Positions 27,569 through 38,782 of a stretch of DNA of 64,000 nt are shown one piece after another (position 1 is the stretch's first letter; each line of letters begins with the position of its first letter). Under the pieces are notes generated by a model that made no database searches, was not told the DNA's origin, and was given only the letters and a program-made list of their open reading frames with translations. The stretch is from Calditrichales bacterium (GTDB lineage Bacteria > Calditrichota > Calditrichia > Calditrichales > J004), in the NCBI GenBank assembly GCA_965267575.1, contig OZ254086.1, positions 3,936,001 through 4,000,000 of the forward strand. The letters are read 5' to 3'. The position numbers and the translations under genes are program-made.

Positions 27569-28549
27569 TCAGGCGGGCTGTAGTTCTTCTTCCAGAAGCT
27601 CAACATAAGCAGCAAACAATTCAGGGTCCCATTTCCCTTTCTCTGTCTCGTTACGCATAATCGTGATGGCTTCATCATGCGTCATGGCTTTTCGATATGA
27701 CCGTGAGGTGGTCAAAGCATCATAGCAATCGACAATACCCATAATACGCGCGTGCAAAGGGATGTCTCTGCCCTTGAGACCGGTAGGATAGCCGCTGCCG
27801 TCCCACTTTTCATGGTGATGTTTTATGGTTGGCAAAATGGGTTTAAGACTTTTAAGAGGCGCGCAGATGCGTTCGCCTATTTCGGGGTGTTTCTTGATAG
27901 TTTCAAATTCTTCGTCATCCAACGGGCCGTTTTTAAGCAAAATGGAATCCTGGATGGCGATCTTTCCAATATCATGCAACAGGCCGGCACGACGCAAAAT
28001 CACCAGGTCTTCTTTACCCAGCCCTATTCTGCGGCCAAGCCTTTCCGCCATTTTTGACAAACGCTCGCAATGGCCTTCTGTGTATTTGTCTTTGGCCTCA
28101 ACTGTCCTTGCCAGGCTGAAAATCACCTGCTCGGCATGCTCCAGTTCGTTTATGGAAGAACGCAACTTAAGCAGATTGCGTACACGCGCTCGCAACTCAA
28201 AAATGTTGAACGGCTTGGAGATAAAATCATCGACGCCCGCACCATAGCCCTTTAAACGCTCTTCTTTGCCATCCAGGGCGGTGATCATGATGATCGGTAT
28301 AAAGCGTGTCTTGTCGTCTTCCTTTATAATGCGCGCAACCTGGTAACCGTTTTTGCCGGGCATCATTACATCAAGCAGGATAAGATCGGGTTCATCCTGC
28401 TTAACCAGCTTAAGTGCCGTATCACCGTCCAGCGCCGTAGATATGCTGTATTCCAGATCTTCCAGAATCTGCTCAAGGGTATAAATATTGTCAGGCGAGT
28501 CATCGACTATCAGGATTTTTTGAGGGCTCGTGCCGTTAGTTTCGCTCAT
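27569..28549 (-). CDS. Response regulator with HD-GYP phosphodiesterase domain (RpfG-like)
   Basis: REC (IVDDS..LLDVMMP..KPF), LHDIGK and HHEKWDGSGYP. Confidence 0.9.
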   Translation of the reverse strand: MSETNGTSPQKILIVDDSPDNIYTLEQILEDLEYSISTALDGDTALKLVKQDEPDLILLDVMMPGKNGYQVARIIKEDDKTRFIPIIMITALDGKEERLKGYGAGVDDFISKPFNIFELRARVRNLLKLRSSINELEHAEQVIFSLARTVEAKDKYTEGHCERLSKMAERLGRRIGLGKEDLVILRRAGLLHDIGKIAIQDSILLKNGPLDDEEFETIKKHPEIGERICAPLKSLKPILPTIKHHHEKWDGSGYPTGLKGRDIPLHARIMGIVDCYDALTTSRSYRKAMTHDEAITIMRNETEKGKWDPELFAAYVELLEEELQPA

Positions 28550-28552
28550 ATT

Positions 28553-29569
28553 TTATTTTACTTCCCAGGTGTTTCCCGCATATAACAGTTTATTTAGATC
28601 GCCCTCTCCGCGCATTTCTTTCACCTGCTCTATCTGTTTGGTCAATAACATGTCATAAGTATTTTGTTCACGCCGAACGAATACACCCATGGGCACAGGC
28701 ATATCCTGTCTGGAATTCAGTTCTGCCAGTGCAAATGCCATTCCGGAAGGCGTTTCCGCGGCATTATGCCGGTAAACATCGCCGTCAGCCGCGTCAACTG
28801 TCTCAAACTCCAGTCCATTCCAGCGCAATCCTTTCTCATCGTTCTGTCCATAGATCAAAGCCTGGCCATCCTGCATATAAACGACCGACTCCTTTTTGCT
28901 CTTGTTGTCGGTCAGCTCAAAAAAAGCGCCATCATTAAAAATATTGCAGTTCTGGTATATCTCCACAAAGGCAGTGCCCTTATGTTCCGCCGCCTCGCGC
29001 ATCGTTTGCGCCAGGTGTTTAGGATCACGATCGATGCTGCGGGCTACAAAGCTTGCCCCGGCCGCCAGTGCCAGCTTTACAGGATCAAAGGGATTATCTA
29101 TCGCGCCAAACGGCGAGGACTTGGTGATCTTGCCCTTTTCAGACGTGGGAGAATACTGCCCTTTTGTCAATCCGTAAATGCGGTTATTAAACAGCAATAC
29201 CGTAACATCCAGGTTGCGGCGGCATAAATGCATCAGGTGATTTCCGCCAATACTAAGACCGTCGCCATCGCCGGTAACGATAAAGACTTTAAGCTCCGGG
29301 TTAGTCAGCTTTACACCGGCGGCGATGGCCGGAGCCCGGCCATGAATACCGTGAATACCATACGTATCCACATAATAGGGAAAACGGCTGGAGCAGCCGA
29401 TTCCCGAGACAAAGACGATTTTCTCTTTTGGAATTCCCAGCTCAGGCAGCACTTTTTTCATCTGCGCCAGGATGGAGTAATCACCGCAACCGGGACACCA
29501 TCGTACTTCCTGGTCACTGCTGAAATCGTCTTTGCTGAGTATTGCTTTTTCCTTTAAATGTTCAGACAT
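28553..29569 (-). CDS. korB: 2-oxoacid:ferredoxin oxidoreductase beta subunit
   Basis: WCPGCGD, SGIGCSSR and GDGD..NN TPP motif. Confidence 0.9.
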   Translation of the reverse strand: MSEHLKEKAILSKDDFSSDQEVRWCPGCGDYSILAQMKKVLPELGIPKEKIVFVSGIGCSSRFPYYVDTYGIHGIHGRAPAIAAGVKLTNPELKVFIVTGDGDGLSIGGNHLMHLCRRNLDVTVLLFNNRIYGLTKGQYSPTSEKGKITKSSPFGAIDNPFDPVKLALAAGASFVARSIDRDPKHLAQTMREAAEHKGTAFVEIYQNCNIFNDGAFFELTDNKSKKESVVYMQDGQALIYGQNDEKGLRWNGLEFETVDAADGDVYRHNAAETPSGMAFALAELNSRQDMPVPMGVFVRREQNTYDMLLTKQIEQVKEMRGEGDLNKLLYAGNTWEVK

Positions 29570-29583
29570 ATACTTTTTCCTGT

Positions 29584-31419
29584 TTAAAGAAGCGCGGTCA
29601 TTGCTTCGGTCAATTCACTGTTTTTAAAAGGCAGGCCGCGTACTTTGTTAAAGCCTTTGGCATCCACCAGAAAACGGTCTCGGATGATGCTGCACAGCTG
29701 GCCCAGGTTTATTTCCGGGACAAGCACATTTTTGAAATTATGAATAACCCTGCCCAGCGTTGGACTTAACGGGTTTAGCCAGCGCAGGTGTATCCAGGAA
29801 ATTTTTGAAGACGGGTGCGTGCGTCGAGTTTCGTGTATCGCGTTGTACACAGAACCGTAGGTGCTGCCCCAGCTTATCACAAGCAGGTCGCCCTGTTCCG
29901 GCCCGTCCACTTCTTCGGCACCTACAAAACCGGCAACACGCTCCACTTTTTCTGAACGCAGACGCACCATCCTGTCGTGATTCTCCGGTTCATAAGAGAC
30001 GTGCCCGCTTATATCTTCCTTTTCCAGGCCACCGATGCGGTGTTCCAGGCCCGGTGTGCCCGGCAAGGCTATCAGCCGCGCCAGGGTTTGCGGGTCGCGT
30101 TTGTAGGGGTGGTAGGTATCGGGGTCGCTGCCGTATTTAACTTCTATTTTAGGGATGGCCGAGGGATCCGGGATACGCCAGGGTTCCGCGCCGTTGGCCA
30201 GGTAGCCGTCGGAAAGGACCATCACCGGCGTATTGAACTGCAGGGCAATCCGTGCCGCTTCCAGCGCCGTGTCAAAACAATCGGCCGGACTTTTTGCGGC
30301 AACCACGGGAATAGGCGCTTCACCGTTGCGGCCGTACATGGCCTGCAGCAGATCGGCCTGCTCGGTCTTGGTGGGTAAGCCCGTGCTGGGGCCGCCACGC
30401 TGAATGTTCAGCACAACCAGAGGCAGCTCCAGCATGGTGGCATAACCGAGAAATTCTCCCTTAAGCGCGATTCCCGGACCGCTGGACGCCGTTACGCCCA
30501 GCGCGCCGGCATAAGAGGCCCCGAGCGCTGCACCGATACCGGCAATCTCATCCTCTGCCTGGAAGGTCTTAACGTTGTAGTTGCGGTATTGCGCCATAAA
30601 GTGCAGAATATCGCTGGCCGGCGTAATCGGGTAGCCGCCCAGGAAAAGCTCCTTGTCCGCCTTCCTGCCCGCCGTGATCAGTCCAAGAACCAGGGCTTCG
30701 TTGCCGGTAATATTGCGGTAAACGCCTTTAGCTTTTTTGGCCACCTGCACGGTGTAGGATGTAACAAATATTTCTGTCGACAAGGCGTAATTATAACCGG
30801 CATTCAGAGCAGCCACATTGGCATCTACCAGCTCGGGACGCTTCTGGAATTTTTTTTGGATCCACGCAATGGTGTTGTCCAGGGGACGCGTAAACATCCA
30901 GTAGGCAATGCCCAGGGCGAAAAAGTTTTTACAGCGCTCTTTTTCCTTGGGTGTAAGAGCGGAATCTACAAGCGCCTCTTTGGTGAGCCTGCTGATTTCC
31001 ACGTCAAAAAGCTGAAAACCATCCAATGAACGGTCTTCCAGCGGGTTGCCTTCGTAGCCTGCAAGTTTAAGGTTGCGCGGCGTAAATGCATCTTTATTTA
31101 CGATTATTATACCGTCCTGGCGCAGGTTGTCCAGGTTTACCTTTAGCGCCGCCGGGTTCATCGCGATCAGCACATCGCACACATCGCCCGGTGTACGCAC
31201 ATCGCTGCTGCTGAATTGTATCTGAAAACCGGAAACGCCAAAAAGCGTACCGGCAGGCGCACGTATTTCTGCAGGAAAATCGGGCAGCGTGGAAAGATCA
31301 TTTCCAAACAGCGCGGTGGTATTGGTGAACTGTCCACCCGTAAGCTGCATGCCGTCGCCGGAATCCCCGGCAAAACGGATGGTTACGCTGTCCAGTTGTT
31401 GTGCTGGTTTTTCAGCCAT
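29584..31419 (-). CDS. korA: 2-oxoacid:acceptor oxidoreductase alpha subunit
   Basis: AGDSGDGMQLTG, YPITPAS, QAEDEI and QRGGPSTGLPTKTEQAD. Confidence 0.9.
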   Translation of the reverse strand: MAEKPAQQLDSVTIRFAGDSGDGMQLTGGQFTNTTALFGNDLSTLPDFPAEIRAPAGTLFGVSGFQIQFSSSDVRTPGDVCDVLIAMNPAALKVNLDNLRQDGIIIVNKDAFTPRNLKLAGYEGNPLEDRSLDGFQLFDVEISRLTKEALVDSALTPKEKERCKNFFALGIAYWMFTRPLDNTIAWIQKKFQKRPELVDANVAALNAGYNYALSTEIFVTSYTVQVAKKAKGVYRNITGNEALVLGLITAGRKADKELFLGGYPITPASDILHFMAQYRNYNVKTFQAEDEIAGIGAALGASYAGALGVTASSGPGIALKGEFLGYATMLELPLVVLNIQRGGPSTGLPTKTEQADLLQAMYGRNGEAPIPVVAAKSPADCFDTALEAARIALQFNTPVMVLSDGYLANGAEPWRIPDPSAIPKIEVKYGSDPDTYHPYKRDPQTLARLIALPGTPGLEHRIGGLEKEDISGHVSYEPENHDRMVRLRSEKVERVAGFVGAEEVDGPEQGDLLVISWGSTYGSVYNAIHETRRTHPSSKISWIHLRWLNPLSPTLGRVIHNFKNVLVPEINLGQLCSIIRDRFLVDAKGFNKVRGLPFKNSELTEAMTALL

Positions 31420-31476
31420 TCATATAACCTTTCTCAAAATATAAAAACGGCGCAGCGTGTCGCGCCGCGCACGGAA

Positions 31477-32241
31477 CTATTTAAACATGGAAACACGGGA
31501 CTCGAAGTCAAAATATCGTTCAACCTGTTCGTTGCTGACATTAAAAAGCCGACGTGTCATATTTAGAACGTCGGGATCGGTGCGATTTAATTCCAGCATG
31601 AGATTTATTGCTTCTTCTTCAAAATTATCACAGCTCAGGATATTGTTGAGCATGCCCCATTTTTTAGCCTTTTTAGCTTTTATTTTGCCGCCGCGCAGAA
31701 GCAGATCGCGTGCTTTGCCAATACCCACATATTGTGGTAGAAGCAACGGCAAAGCCCCTGTCGGGTGCACGTTGTGCTGCAGATGAGCAAACGACAGGAC
31801 AGTCTTCTCGCAGCCAAAACGCAGGTCCACGGCCAGCGCCGCGCCAAAAAACGGTGTAACAATCGTGCCCTGCAGCCCCATTGCCACCGGCTTTTGGAAA
31901 TCGATCGCGCGGCTGATGAAGTGATTCAGGATATTGATTTGCCGGACACGACGGGCATGCATGCGGTATAGGTCTTCCTGGTTGCCGGAACCGGTGATCT
32001 CTTTCATATAAACAGCATACTCTTCCTCGCCAAAGGTGCCGGGGTTGTTGATAACCAGAAAGCTGTGTACCGTGCTGTCTTTTTCTACATGGTCCATCAG
32101 GTTGAACAGATGGTTGCTTTCAGAAAGATCCGTCACAACTTCAAAAGCGTTTTTCTTGATACACAAAACAACCAGCGATTCCCGACGGTAACTTCGCAGA
32201 TCTTCATCTTCGAAGTTGTAATCAAATACCTTGCGAGCCAT
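31477..32241 (-). CDS. Enoyl-CoA hydratase/isomerase-fold protein (degenerate active site)
   Basis: FQKPVAMGLQG, ALAVDLR and VGIGKARDLLLRGGKIKAKKAKKWGML. Confidence 0.7.
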   Translation of the reverse strand: MARKVFDYNFEDEDLRSYRRESLVVLCIKKNAFEVVTDLSESNHLFNLMDHVEKDSTVHSFLVINNPGTFGEEEYAVYMKEITGSGNQEDLYRMHARRVRQINILNHFISRAIDFQKPVAMGLQGTIVTPFFGAALAVDLRFGCEKTVLSFAHLQHNVHPTGALPLLLPQYVGIGKARDLLLRGGKIKAKKAKKWGMLNNILSCDNFEEEAINLMLELNRTDPDVLNMTRRLFNVSNEQVERYFDFESRVSMFK

Positions 32242-32253
32242 TTCCCCTCCTGC

Positions 32254-33795
32254 TTAATTCCAGATATCGCGGTCCAGCGTACGATACTGGATCGCTTCAC
32301 TGATGTGGTTTGCCTCAATCTTTTCACTGGTTTCCAGGTCGGCGATCGTACGCGCCACCTTGAGAATTCGATCGTAAGCGCGGGCAGAAAGCCCCAGTTT
32401 TTCGATGGCATTTTTCAGCAACGCCCTGCTCTCCTCACCAATCGGGCAATAACGGCGTACATCAGCCGGCGGCATATCGGCATTGCAAAACATCTCTCTT
32501 TCGTTTTCAAAGCGCTTTAGCTGTACCTGGCGCGCTTCCTCCACACGCTGACGTATCAAAGCGGAAGCCTCGCCCCGGCGCTCCGACGACAACTCTTTGA
32601 ATTTAATCGCCGGCACCTCAATATGGATATCGATGCGGTCCAGCAGCGGACCGGAGACCTTTGCCAGATAGCGCTGTATCTGCGGCGGCGGACAGGTACA
32701 GGATTTATTCGGATCACCGTAATAGCCGCAGGGACAGGGATTCATAGCGGCGACCAGCATAAAATTAGCGGGATAGGTCAACGACAAGGCCGCACGGGAA
32801 ATGGTGACCTGGCTGTCTTCCATAGGCTGGCGCATAACCTCCAGCACGTTTTTCTTGAACTCCGGCAATTCATCCAGAAACAACACGCCGTGGTGGGCAA
32901 GACTTACCTCCCCCGGCCGCGGGTATTTTCCACCGCCAACAAGCGCGGCATCGCTGATTGTATGGTGCGGCGAACGGAAAGGCCGCACCGAAACGAGTCC
33001 GTTTTCCGACGAAAGCACGCCGGCCACGGAGTGGATCTTGGTGGTTTGTATGGCTTCGGCAAGAGAGAGCGGCGGCAGAATGGTCGGAAAACGTCGCGCC
33101 AGCATGGTCTTGCCCGATCCCGGGGGACCGATCATAAGAATATTGTGGCCACCGGCAGCAGCTACTTCGAGCGCCCTCTTCACATGCTCCTGCCCTTTTA
33201 CATCGGCAAAATCGAAACGCTGCTCCAGACCTTTGCGAAACATCTCGAAAACATCACTGCTCCGGGGCTCAATCTCAACATGGCCGTTCAGGAAGCCGAT
33301 CACATCGGTCAGGTGACCTGCCGGGATAACCTGTAATTCCGGGCTGCCCATGGCCGCCTCCCCGGCGTTCTCTTCCGGCAAAATTATGCCCTTGTAGCCC
33401 TTTTCCGCCGCGGAAATGGCGATGGAAAGACAGCCATGCACCGGCCGCAATGTTCCGTCCAGTGCCAGCTCCCCCAAAATGAGATAATCCAGCAATGGCG
33501 CGGCATCCACATCACCCTGGGCGCACAAAATCCCTACGGCTATCGGCAGATCGTAGGATGATCCTTCCTTTTTTACATCGGCGGGCGCCAGGTTTATGGT
33601 AATGCGTCTCTGATGTACAAATTTGTAGCCGGAATTTTTTATGGCGGAAATAACACGTTCACGGCTTTCGCGCACAGCGTTGTCGGGTAAACCCACAATC
33701 CCGAAATAGGGCACGTTGCCTTCCATGTGCGTTTCCACTTCAACCAGATAGGCGTCTATTCCGAGCAGCGCGGCGCTGAACACTTTGGAGATCAT
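32254..33795 (-). CDS. comM: YifB/ComM Mg-chelatase-like AAA+ ATPase
   Basis: [32 protein letters not shown] and LSARAYDR. Confidence 0.9.
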   Translation of the reverse strand: MISKVFSAALLGIDAYLVEVETHMEGNVPYFGIVGLPDNAVRESRERVISAIKNSGYKFVHQRRITINLAPADVKKEGSSYDLPIAVGILCAQGDVDAAPLLDYLILGELALDGTLRPVHGCLSIAISAAEKGYKGIILPEENAGEAAMGSPELQVIPAGHLTDVIGFLNGHVEIEPRSSDVFEMFRKGLEQRFDFADVKGQEHVKRALEVAAAGGHNILMIGPPGSGKTMLARRFPTILPPLSLAEAIQTTKIHSVAGVLSSENGLVSVRPFRSPHHTISDAALVGGGKYPRPGEVSLAHHGVLFLDELPEFKKNVLEVMRQPMEDSQVTISRAALSLTYPANFMLVAAMNPCPCGYYGDPNKSCTCPPPQIQRYLAKVSGPLLDRIDIHIEVPAIKFKELSSERRGEASALIRQRVEEARQVQLKRFENEREMFCNADMPPADVRRYCPIGEESRALLKNAIEKLGLSARAYDRILKVARTIADLETSEKIEANHISEAIQYRTLDRDIWN

Positions 33796-33801
33796 AGGCT
33801 T

Positions 33802-34707
33802 TTACAGCAGGTCGTTAAGGGCTTTGTCAACCGTCTCATATTTAAATCGATAGCCTGACTTTTGCAAGACAGCGGGGATGATTTTTTCACCGTTTACCAC
33901 TTCCGAAGACAATTCTCCCAGGATAATTTTCAATACAAAAGTCGGCACACGGAAGAAAGAGGGCCGGTTCAGCGCGCGGCCCAGAGCATCGGCAAACTCG
34001 TTCATCGTAACGGGATTGGGCGCGCACAGATTGACCGGACCGGAGATTTTCTTTTCAAGCAAAAAAGCGATTGCGTCTACCATGTCCTGCATGTGTATCC
34101 AGGAAAGGCCTTGCTTGCCTGTGCCCAGCGGCCCGCCCACAAACAGGCGAAAAGGCAGCAAGAATTTTTGCAGCATACCGCCATCGGGATGTAAAACCGG
34201 AGCCGTACGCAGCAGCACGCGGCGCACACCCAGCTCTTCAATGCCTGCACCGGCCGCTTCCCAGTCTTTGCAAAGGCGGGCCACAAAATGATCGCCGTGT
34301 TCGCCGCTTTCATCCACCGGGTTGGGCTGGCCCAGCCGGTAGATGCCGATGGCCGAAGCCTGAATGTAAGTTGTGGGTTTGCTTTTGGCACTGCGGAATG
34401 CATTGAGCATAATGCGCGCGGGAAACACGCGGCTGTCCAGCAGCTCTTTCTTACGCTTGTCTGTCCAGCGCTTGTCGGCAATCCCCTCACCGATCAGATT
34501 GATGACAGCGTCGCATTTTTCAATATCATCCTGCCAGTCAGAGCGATCGTCTCCGTTCCAGCGCTTGCAGGTAACTTGCGCGCCAAGCTGCTTTTGGGCA
34601 CGCTGCGGGTTGCGGCTCAATGCGATCACACTATGGCCTTTTTCCACCAGATGCTGAACGAGGTGCTGACCTATAAAGCCGGTAGCACCGGCACATAAAA
34701 TCGTCAT
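33802..34707 (-). CDS. TIGR01777 (YfcH-like) NAD-dependent epimerase family protein
   Basis: GATGFIG, RWT..K..L.DSR, GGPLGTGKQ and SWIH. Start taken at ATG 34707. Confidence 0.85.
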   Translation of the reverse strand: MTILCAGATGFIGQHLVQHLVEKGHSVIALSRNPQRAQKQLGAQVTCKRWNGDDRSDWQDDIEKCDAVINLIGEGIADKRWTDKRKKELLDSRVFPARIMLNAFRSAKSKPTTYIQASAIGIYRLGQPNPVDESGEHGDHFVARLCKDWEAAGAGIEELGVRRVLLRTAPVLHPDGGMLQKFLLPFRLFVGGPLGTGKQGLSWIHMQDMVDAIAFLLEKKISGPVNLCAPNPVTMNEFADALGRALNRPSFFRVPTFVLKIILGELSSEVVNGEKIIPAVLQKSGYRFKYETVDKALNDLL

Positions 34708-34724
34708 ATCAACCTTTCTTAGCC

Positions 34725-36821
34725 CTAAATCAGATCGTTGCGTTTGCGCAGCCACCATTCAGCGGCAATCACGACAATTATCAACAAAAGCAGCAAAGGC
34801 TTTGTTCGCCATACATAATCGCGGTCCTGCCGGATGCGTTGCGGCTCGCTGTTAATATAACCATCAAGGCGGTCAATTTTTTCCAGCGGCACATAGGCAC
34901 CACCGCTCTCACGGGCCATCTGCTTTAACATCAATGAATCGCGCTCCGTGCGCACAAACTCTTTTTGGTACGGCAGCACGTCTACCGTTTTCTGATCGCG
35001 GCCTACCTGCCGGCCGTTGATAACGCCCGTGGCCTGCAAACTGTAGCGTCCTTCCGCGGCCGGCACAAAGCTGCCTTTGAAAACACCGGCGCTGTCGGCA
35101 TTAAGCGGCAGGGAAAACGTACGTTCGCCGGCAGACACTTCCACCATCACCGTGCCGTTTTGGGCCGGATTGTTGCTTCCGTCGAACAGGTAGGCGCTTA
35201 CAGCGACGGGACGCCCCAGCGTAACCGTGGCCGCGTCGGTTTGCAGCATGACCGGTTGAAAAGGCTGCTTTTGCCCCAGGCGTTTCACCAGGTTTTGCAG
35301 CAATCGTTTGTAACCGTCGCTAATCTCGCCGCTGCCGGCCAGAGAAAAATGCCAGCGCCAGAAGCCCTGCCCGTTGAACAACCAAACCTTGCGCGGCTCT
35401 TTGGAGAGACGGCTCAGCACGCTGCGCTCGGGCATGCCCGTGGCGGAAGCCGTTAGCCAGATTTCTTCATTGCTCACATTCCAGTATTGCTTAACCGGCG
35501 GTATGGCGCGCCAGAATGCGTTTTGCTGCGCCGCTTCTTCAAAAAGCAGCAACAACGGGTCATCCACGTCCGGCTCGTTCGCATCCAGGTCCAGCGCCAC
35601 GTTTGCACGTGTAAATGAGCTGCCGCTTGCGCCGCGTAAAAGACGTTCCAACGCGGACACATCCATGCGCGCCCCGGCGAAAATTATAACACCCTGCCCC
35701 TGGCGCTGAATGGATGCAGCCAGTGATGTAATCGTTGAACTGTTCGTTCCCTGTGAGGGCCAGTCGACTAGGATAACAACGTCCAGGCTGTCAAAAGGCA
35801 CATTCCCCTGTTGCCGCACGCTGTTTACGTAGGACCAGGTTTCGATATTGGGCGAATCACTCAGCAGCAATTGAGAAAACTTATGCTCGTAATTCGGCGC
35901 AGCTGTAAACATGCCTGCCCTGATTTTTGATTTGAGAACGCTTTGAACAAAAGTATAGCGATTATTGCTCACGTTGGCATCGCTGCCGGCCTCGGTAATT
36001 GCCACCGTATAGCGGATTGTGCCGGTTTGCGACGGTGTATAAGGCAGCTCAATTTCAGTTTCGCTGCCGCCGGCGGGGGCATCAAACGAGCGGCTGGCCA
36101 GGATACGATCGCCCTGTAACAAAACAAGACGCGCTTTTTGTGTTTGCCCGCCTCGGCCGCCCACGCGCACACGCAGGTTTTCTTCCTGGCCGCGATATGC
36201 CTTGGCCGGATAAAGCACGTCGGCAACAAAAAGATCATTACCGCCGCTCCGCGCGCCCACACCGATACTAATAATCTCTGTGGTCGCCGGCATTTCCACC
36301 AACGGCCCGCTGCTGCGGATACCGTCGCTGATCAAAAGCGCCTGGTCAAAGGCGTTGTTTTCAAGAAATGATCGCAGTATGCTGAAGTCGGTACCGCCCT
36401 CAAACGCCGGCAGTGTATCCGTTGTCAGCGCCGTCACTTCCGTGTTAAAGGTATAAGCGGAAATCTCAGCCGTTTTACCAGACAGGCGATCGCGAACTGC
36501 TGTAAAGGCTTTGGACGTGCTGTCGGCGCGATTTTCCCTTTCACTTTGCAATCCCATGGAACCGGAAGCATCCACGATAAGTGCTACTCTTGGCGCCCGC
36601 TCCAGCAAAAATGAGAACAGCACCTGCGGATCGAGCAACAACAAAATGATCAGGAACAATGCCAGCCCGCGCAGAAAAGTGAGCAGCGAGCGGTTGCCCG
36701 CCTGTATATGCCGGGCCGTCTTTTTGTACAACCAGTAAGTAACGGCAAATGAGATCGCGGCAATAAGGACAACAGCAATAAAAGGTATGTTAAAACGAAT
36801 GATATCGGGCAGAAAATTCAT
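34725..36821 (-). CDS. Membrane-anchored vWA-domain protein with Ig-like and GATase-like domains
   Basis: Two N-terminal TMs, MIDAS-like DASGSM..T..SDG, FWRW motif and C-terminal EWWLRKR. Confidence 0.7.
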   Translation of the reverse strand: MNFLPDIIRFNIPFIAVVLIAAISFAVTYWLYKKTARHIQAGNRSLLTFLRGLALFLIILLLLDPQVLFSFLLERAPRVALIVDASGSMGLQSERENRADSTSKAFTAVRDRLSGKTAEISAYTFNTEVTALTTDTLPAFEGGTDFSILRSFLENNAFDQALLISDGIRSSGPLVEMPATTEIISIGVGARSGGNDLFVADVLYPAKAYRGQEENLRVRVGGRGGQTQKARLVLLQGDRILASRSFDAPAGGSETEIELPYTPSQTGTIRYTVAITEAGSDANVSNNRYTFVQSVLKSKIRAGMFTAAPNYEHKFSQLLLSDSPNIETWSYVNSVRQQGNVPFDSLDVVILVDWPSQGTNSSTITSLAASIQRQGQGVIIFAGARMDVSALERLLRGASGSSFTRANVALDLDANEPDVDDPLLLLFEEAAQQNAFWRAIPPVKQYWNVSNEEIWLTASATGMPERSVLSRLSKEPRKVWLFNGQGFWRWHFSLAGSGEISDGYKRLLQNLVKRLGQKQPFQPVMLQTDAATVTLGRPVAVSAYLFDGSNNPAQNGTVMVEVSAGERTFSLPLNADSAGVFKGSFVPAAEGRYSLQATGVINGRQVGRDQKTVDVLPYQKEFVRTERDSLMLKQMARESGGAYVPLEKIDRLDGYINSEPQRIRQDRDYVWRTKPLLLLLIIVVIAAEWWLRKRNDLI

Positions 36822-36824
36822 AGA

Positions 36825-37832
36825 TCAATCCAGCGACTTTAGCGCCAGGCTGGGATAGGCGTTTAGTTCCTGCGTGGCGTAGAGACCGCGTTCCAGGTAT
36901 TCGGCGCCGGCCCTGGCGATCATGGCGGCATTATCGGTACAGTACTGGAACTCCGGTTGATAGTAATCCACACCGTTTTCACTGCAGGCTTCAGACAGTT
37001 TTTGGCGCAGCAGGGAGTTTGCTGCAACGCCGCCGGCAACCGCTACGGCCTGTACACCATATTGCCGGGCCGCACGCAGGCTCTTCTGCACAAGCACATC
37101 AACGGCCGCCCACTGGAACGATGCACAGATATTGGCAAGATTCTTTTTTACAAAGGGCGCGTCATGTTTTTGCAGATAGGTCAGCACCGCTGTTTTTAGT
37201 CCGCTGTAGCTGAAATCGTAGTGCTCTTCATTTAAAAAAGCACGGGGGAATTTTATAAACTCCGGATCGCCCTCTTTGGCCATTTTGTCGATAACCGGCC
37301 CGCCGGGATAGCCCAGCCCCAGGATTTTGGCCGTTTTATCAAAAGCCTCGCCAACGGCATCATCGCGCGTGGTGCCCAGAATCTCATATTGCAAATGCTG
37401 CTTCATCAAAACGATCTGCGTATGCCCGCCTGAAACGATCAAAAAAAGAATGGGGAATTTAAACTCTTGCTGCGATAAAAGATTACCGTAAATATGCCCT
37501 TCCATGTGGTTAACCCCCACAAAAGGCTTATGGGTGGATAGAGACAATCCCTTAATAAAATTGAGTCCCACAAGCAGCGCGCCTACCAGCCCAGGACCAT
37601 GGGTGACGGCAAACCCGTCCATGTCATCCAGCTTTTTGCCGGCACGTTCAAGCGCTTCGTTTATAACTGGTATAATCATGCGCACATGAGCGCGCGAAGC
37701 GAGTTCCGGCACAACGCCGCCAAATTTGCTGTGCACCAGCTGCGACGATATGACGTTGGAGAGCGCCCTTTTCCCCTCCAGCACTGCGGCCGATGTTTCA
37801 TCACATGAAGTTTCAATACCAAGAATGGTCAC
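36825..37832 (-). CDS. tsaD: tRNA N6-threonylcarbamoyltransferase
   Basis: GIETSCDET, GGVVPELASRAH, NHMEGH and DNAAMIA. Confidence 0.95.
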   Translation of the reverse strand: MTILGIETSCDETSAAVLEGKRALSNVISSQLVHSKFGGVVPELASRAHVRMIIPVINEALERAGKKLDDMDGFAVTHGPGLVGALLVGLNFIKGLSLSTHKPFVGVNHMEGHIYGNLLSQQEFKFPILFLIVSGGHTQIVLMKQHLQYEILGTTRDDAVGEAFDKTAKILGLGYPGGPVIDKMAKEGDPEFIKFPRAFLNEEHYDFSYSGLKTAVLTYLQKHDAPFVKKNLANICASFQWAAVDVLVQKSLRAARQYGVQAVAVAGGVAANSLLRQKLSEACSENGVDYYQPEFQYCTDNAAMIARAGAEYLERGLYATQELNAYPSLALKSLD

Positions 37833-38779
37833 GTCTGGTTCTCCTTGCGGATAAGCTTAAGACTGAATTTTTCCGGGCTTGCTTCCAGCCAGGTGATATT
37901 GTCCGGCGTATCGATTTGCATCAGGTATTCCGATTCGCCGCGGCTATAGCTGGTGGCAAAATCAAATATCACGCTGATCTCGTCACGATCTAACGCGGCC
38001 ACACGGCTTTCAGCGCCTTTTACACGCAGCGAGATCGTTTCCGGCGTGGGACGGGCGTTAAGGCCCTGCGGCACATTGATAATACGGATCGGGATATTAT
38101 AGACTGTACGCTCCACAATTTGTTCAATCACAAAAGAAGCAGCAATCTGCTGCGGTTCGATTGTGATAACTTCGGGATAGGGATTCTTCAGATCGGCGTT
38201 GACATCAAACGGGTATCGCACATCCTTGCGGCTGATTTTTTGCGTTTCAACATAAGCCATCGTGTCAATCATCGATTGCGGCCCGGTAACCGTCGCCGAA
38301 TCAAGCTCCGCACTGCTTTCCACCAGCAAGAAACCCGCTTCCGGGGAAATGTCTGCATCCACGCGTAGCGGCAGTTGCAGGCTTACCAGCCTGTCCACCT
38401 GCAGATTCAGACGTGTCGGTTCAATGATATCACGCACCACTATTCCCTTATCGCTGCCAAATTGAAGCCTGTCCACATAATCGGCCATTTCGATCGTTGC
38501 GCTGGATTCAACCTCGGGCAGTTGCAGTTCCGTATCGCTGTGAAAAAAAGAAAACCAGAGCAGCGCGCTGCCGGTGCCGCTCACCCTTATTTTGGCGTTT
38601 TCCGGTGGTTTGTTTTTCAGCACAAGGCCCGGGGCCAGGCGTGTTATTTTGAGCGGAATCTGCAATGTATGCGTGTATTCCTTATCAAGCGCTACCACAA
38701 ACCACAAACCAAGGGAGAGCATAAAACACAAAGCTAACGAGCGGTAGTTTTTCTTGAACCAGGCGATCAGTTTTTCCAT
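37829..38779 (-). CDS. YbbR/CdaR-like protein
   Basis: N-terminal TM (SLGLWFVV) followed by three beta-rich repeats (V.VSG, VTGP.S, LRVKG). Confidence 0.65.
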   Translation of the reverse strand: MEKLIAWFKKNYRSLALCFMLSLGLWFVVALDKEYTHTLQIPLKITRLAPGLVLKNKPPENAKIRVSGTGSALLWFSFFHSDTELQLPEVESSATIEMADYVDRLQFGSDKGIVVRDIIEPTRLNLQVDRLVSLQLPLRVDADISPEAGFLLVESSAELDSATVTGPQSMIDTMAYVETQKISRKDVRYPFDVNADLKNPYPEVITIEPQQIAASFVIEQIVERTVYNIPIRIINVPQGLNARPTPETISLRVKGAESRVAALDRDEISVIFDFATSYSRGESEYLMQIDTPDNITWLEASPEKFSLKLIRKENQT

Positions 38780-38782
38780 TAA

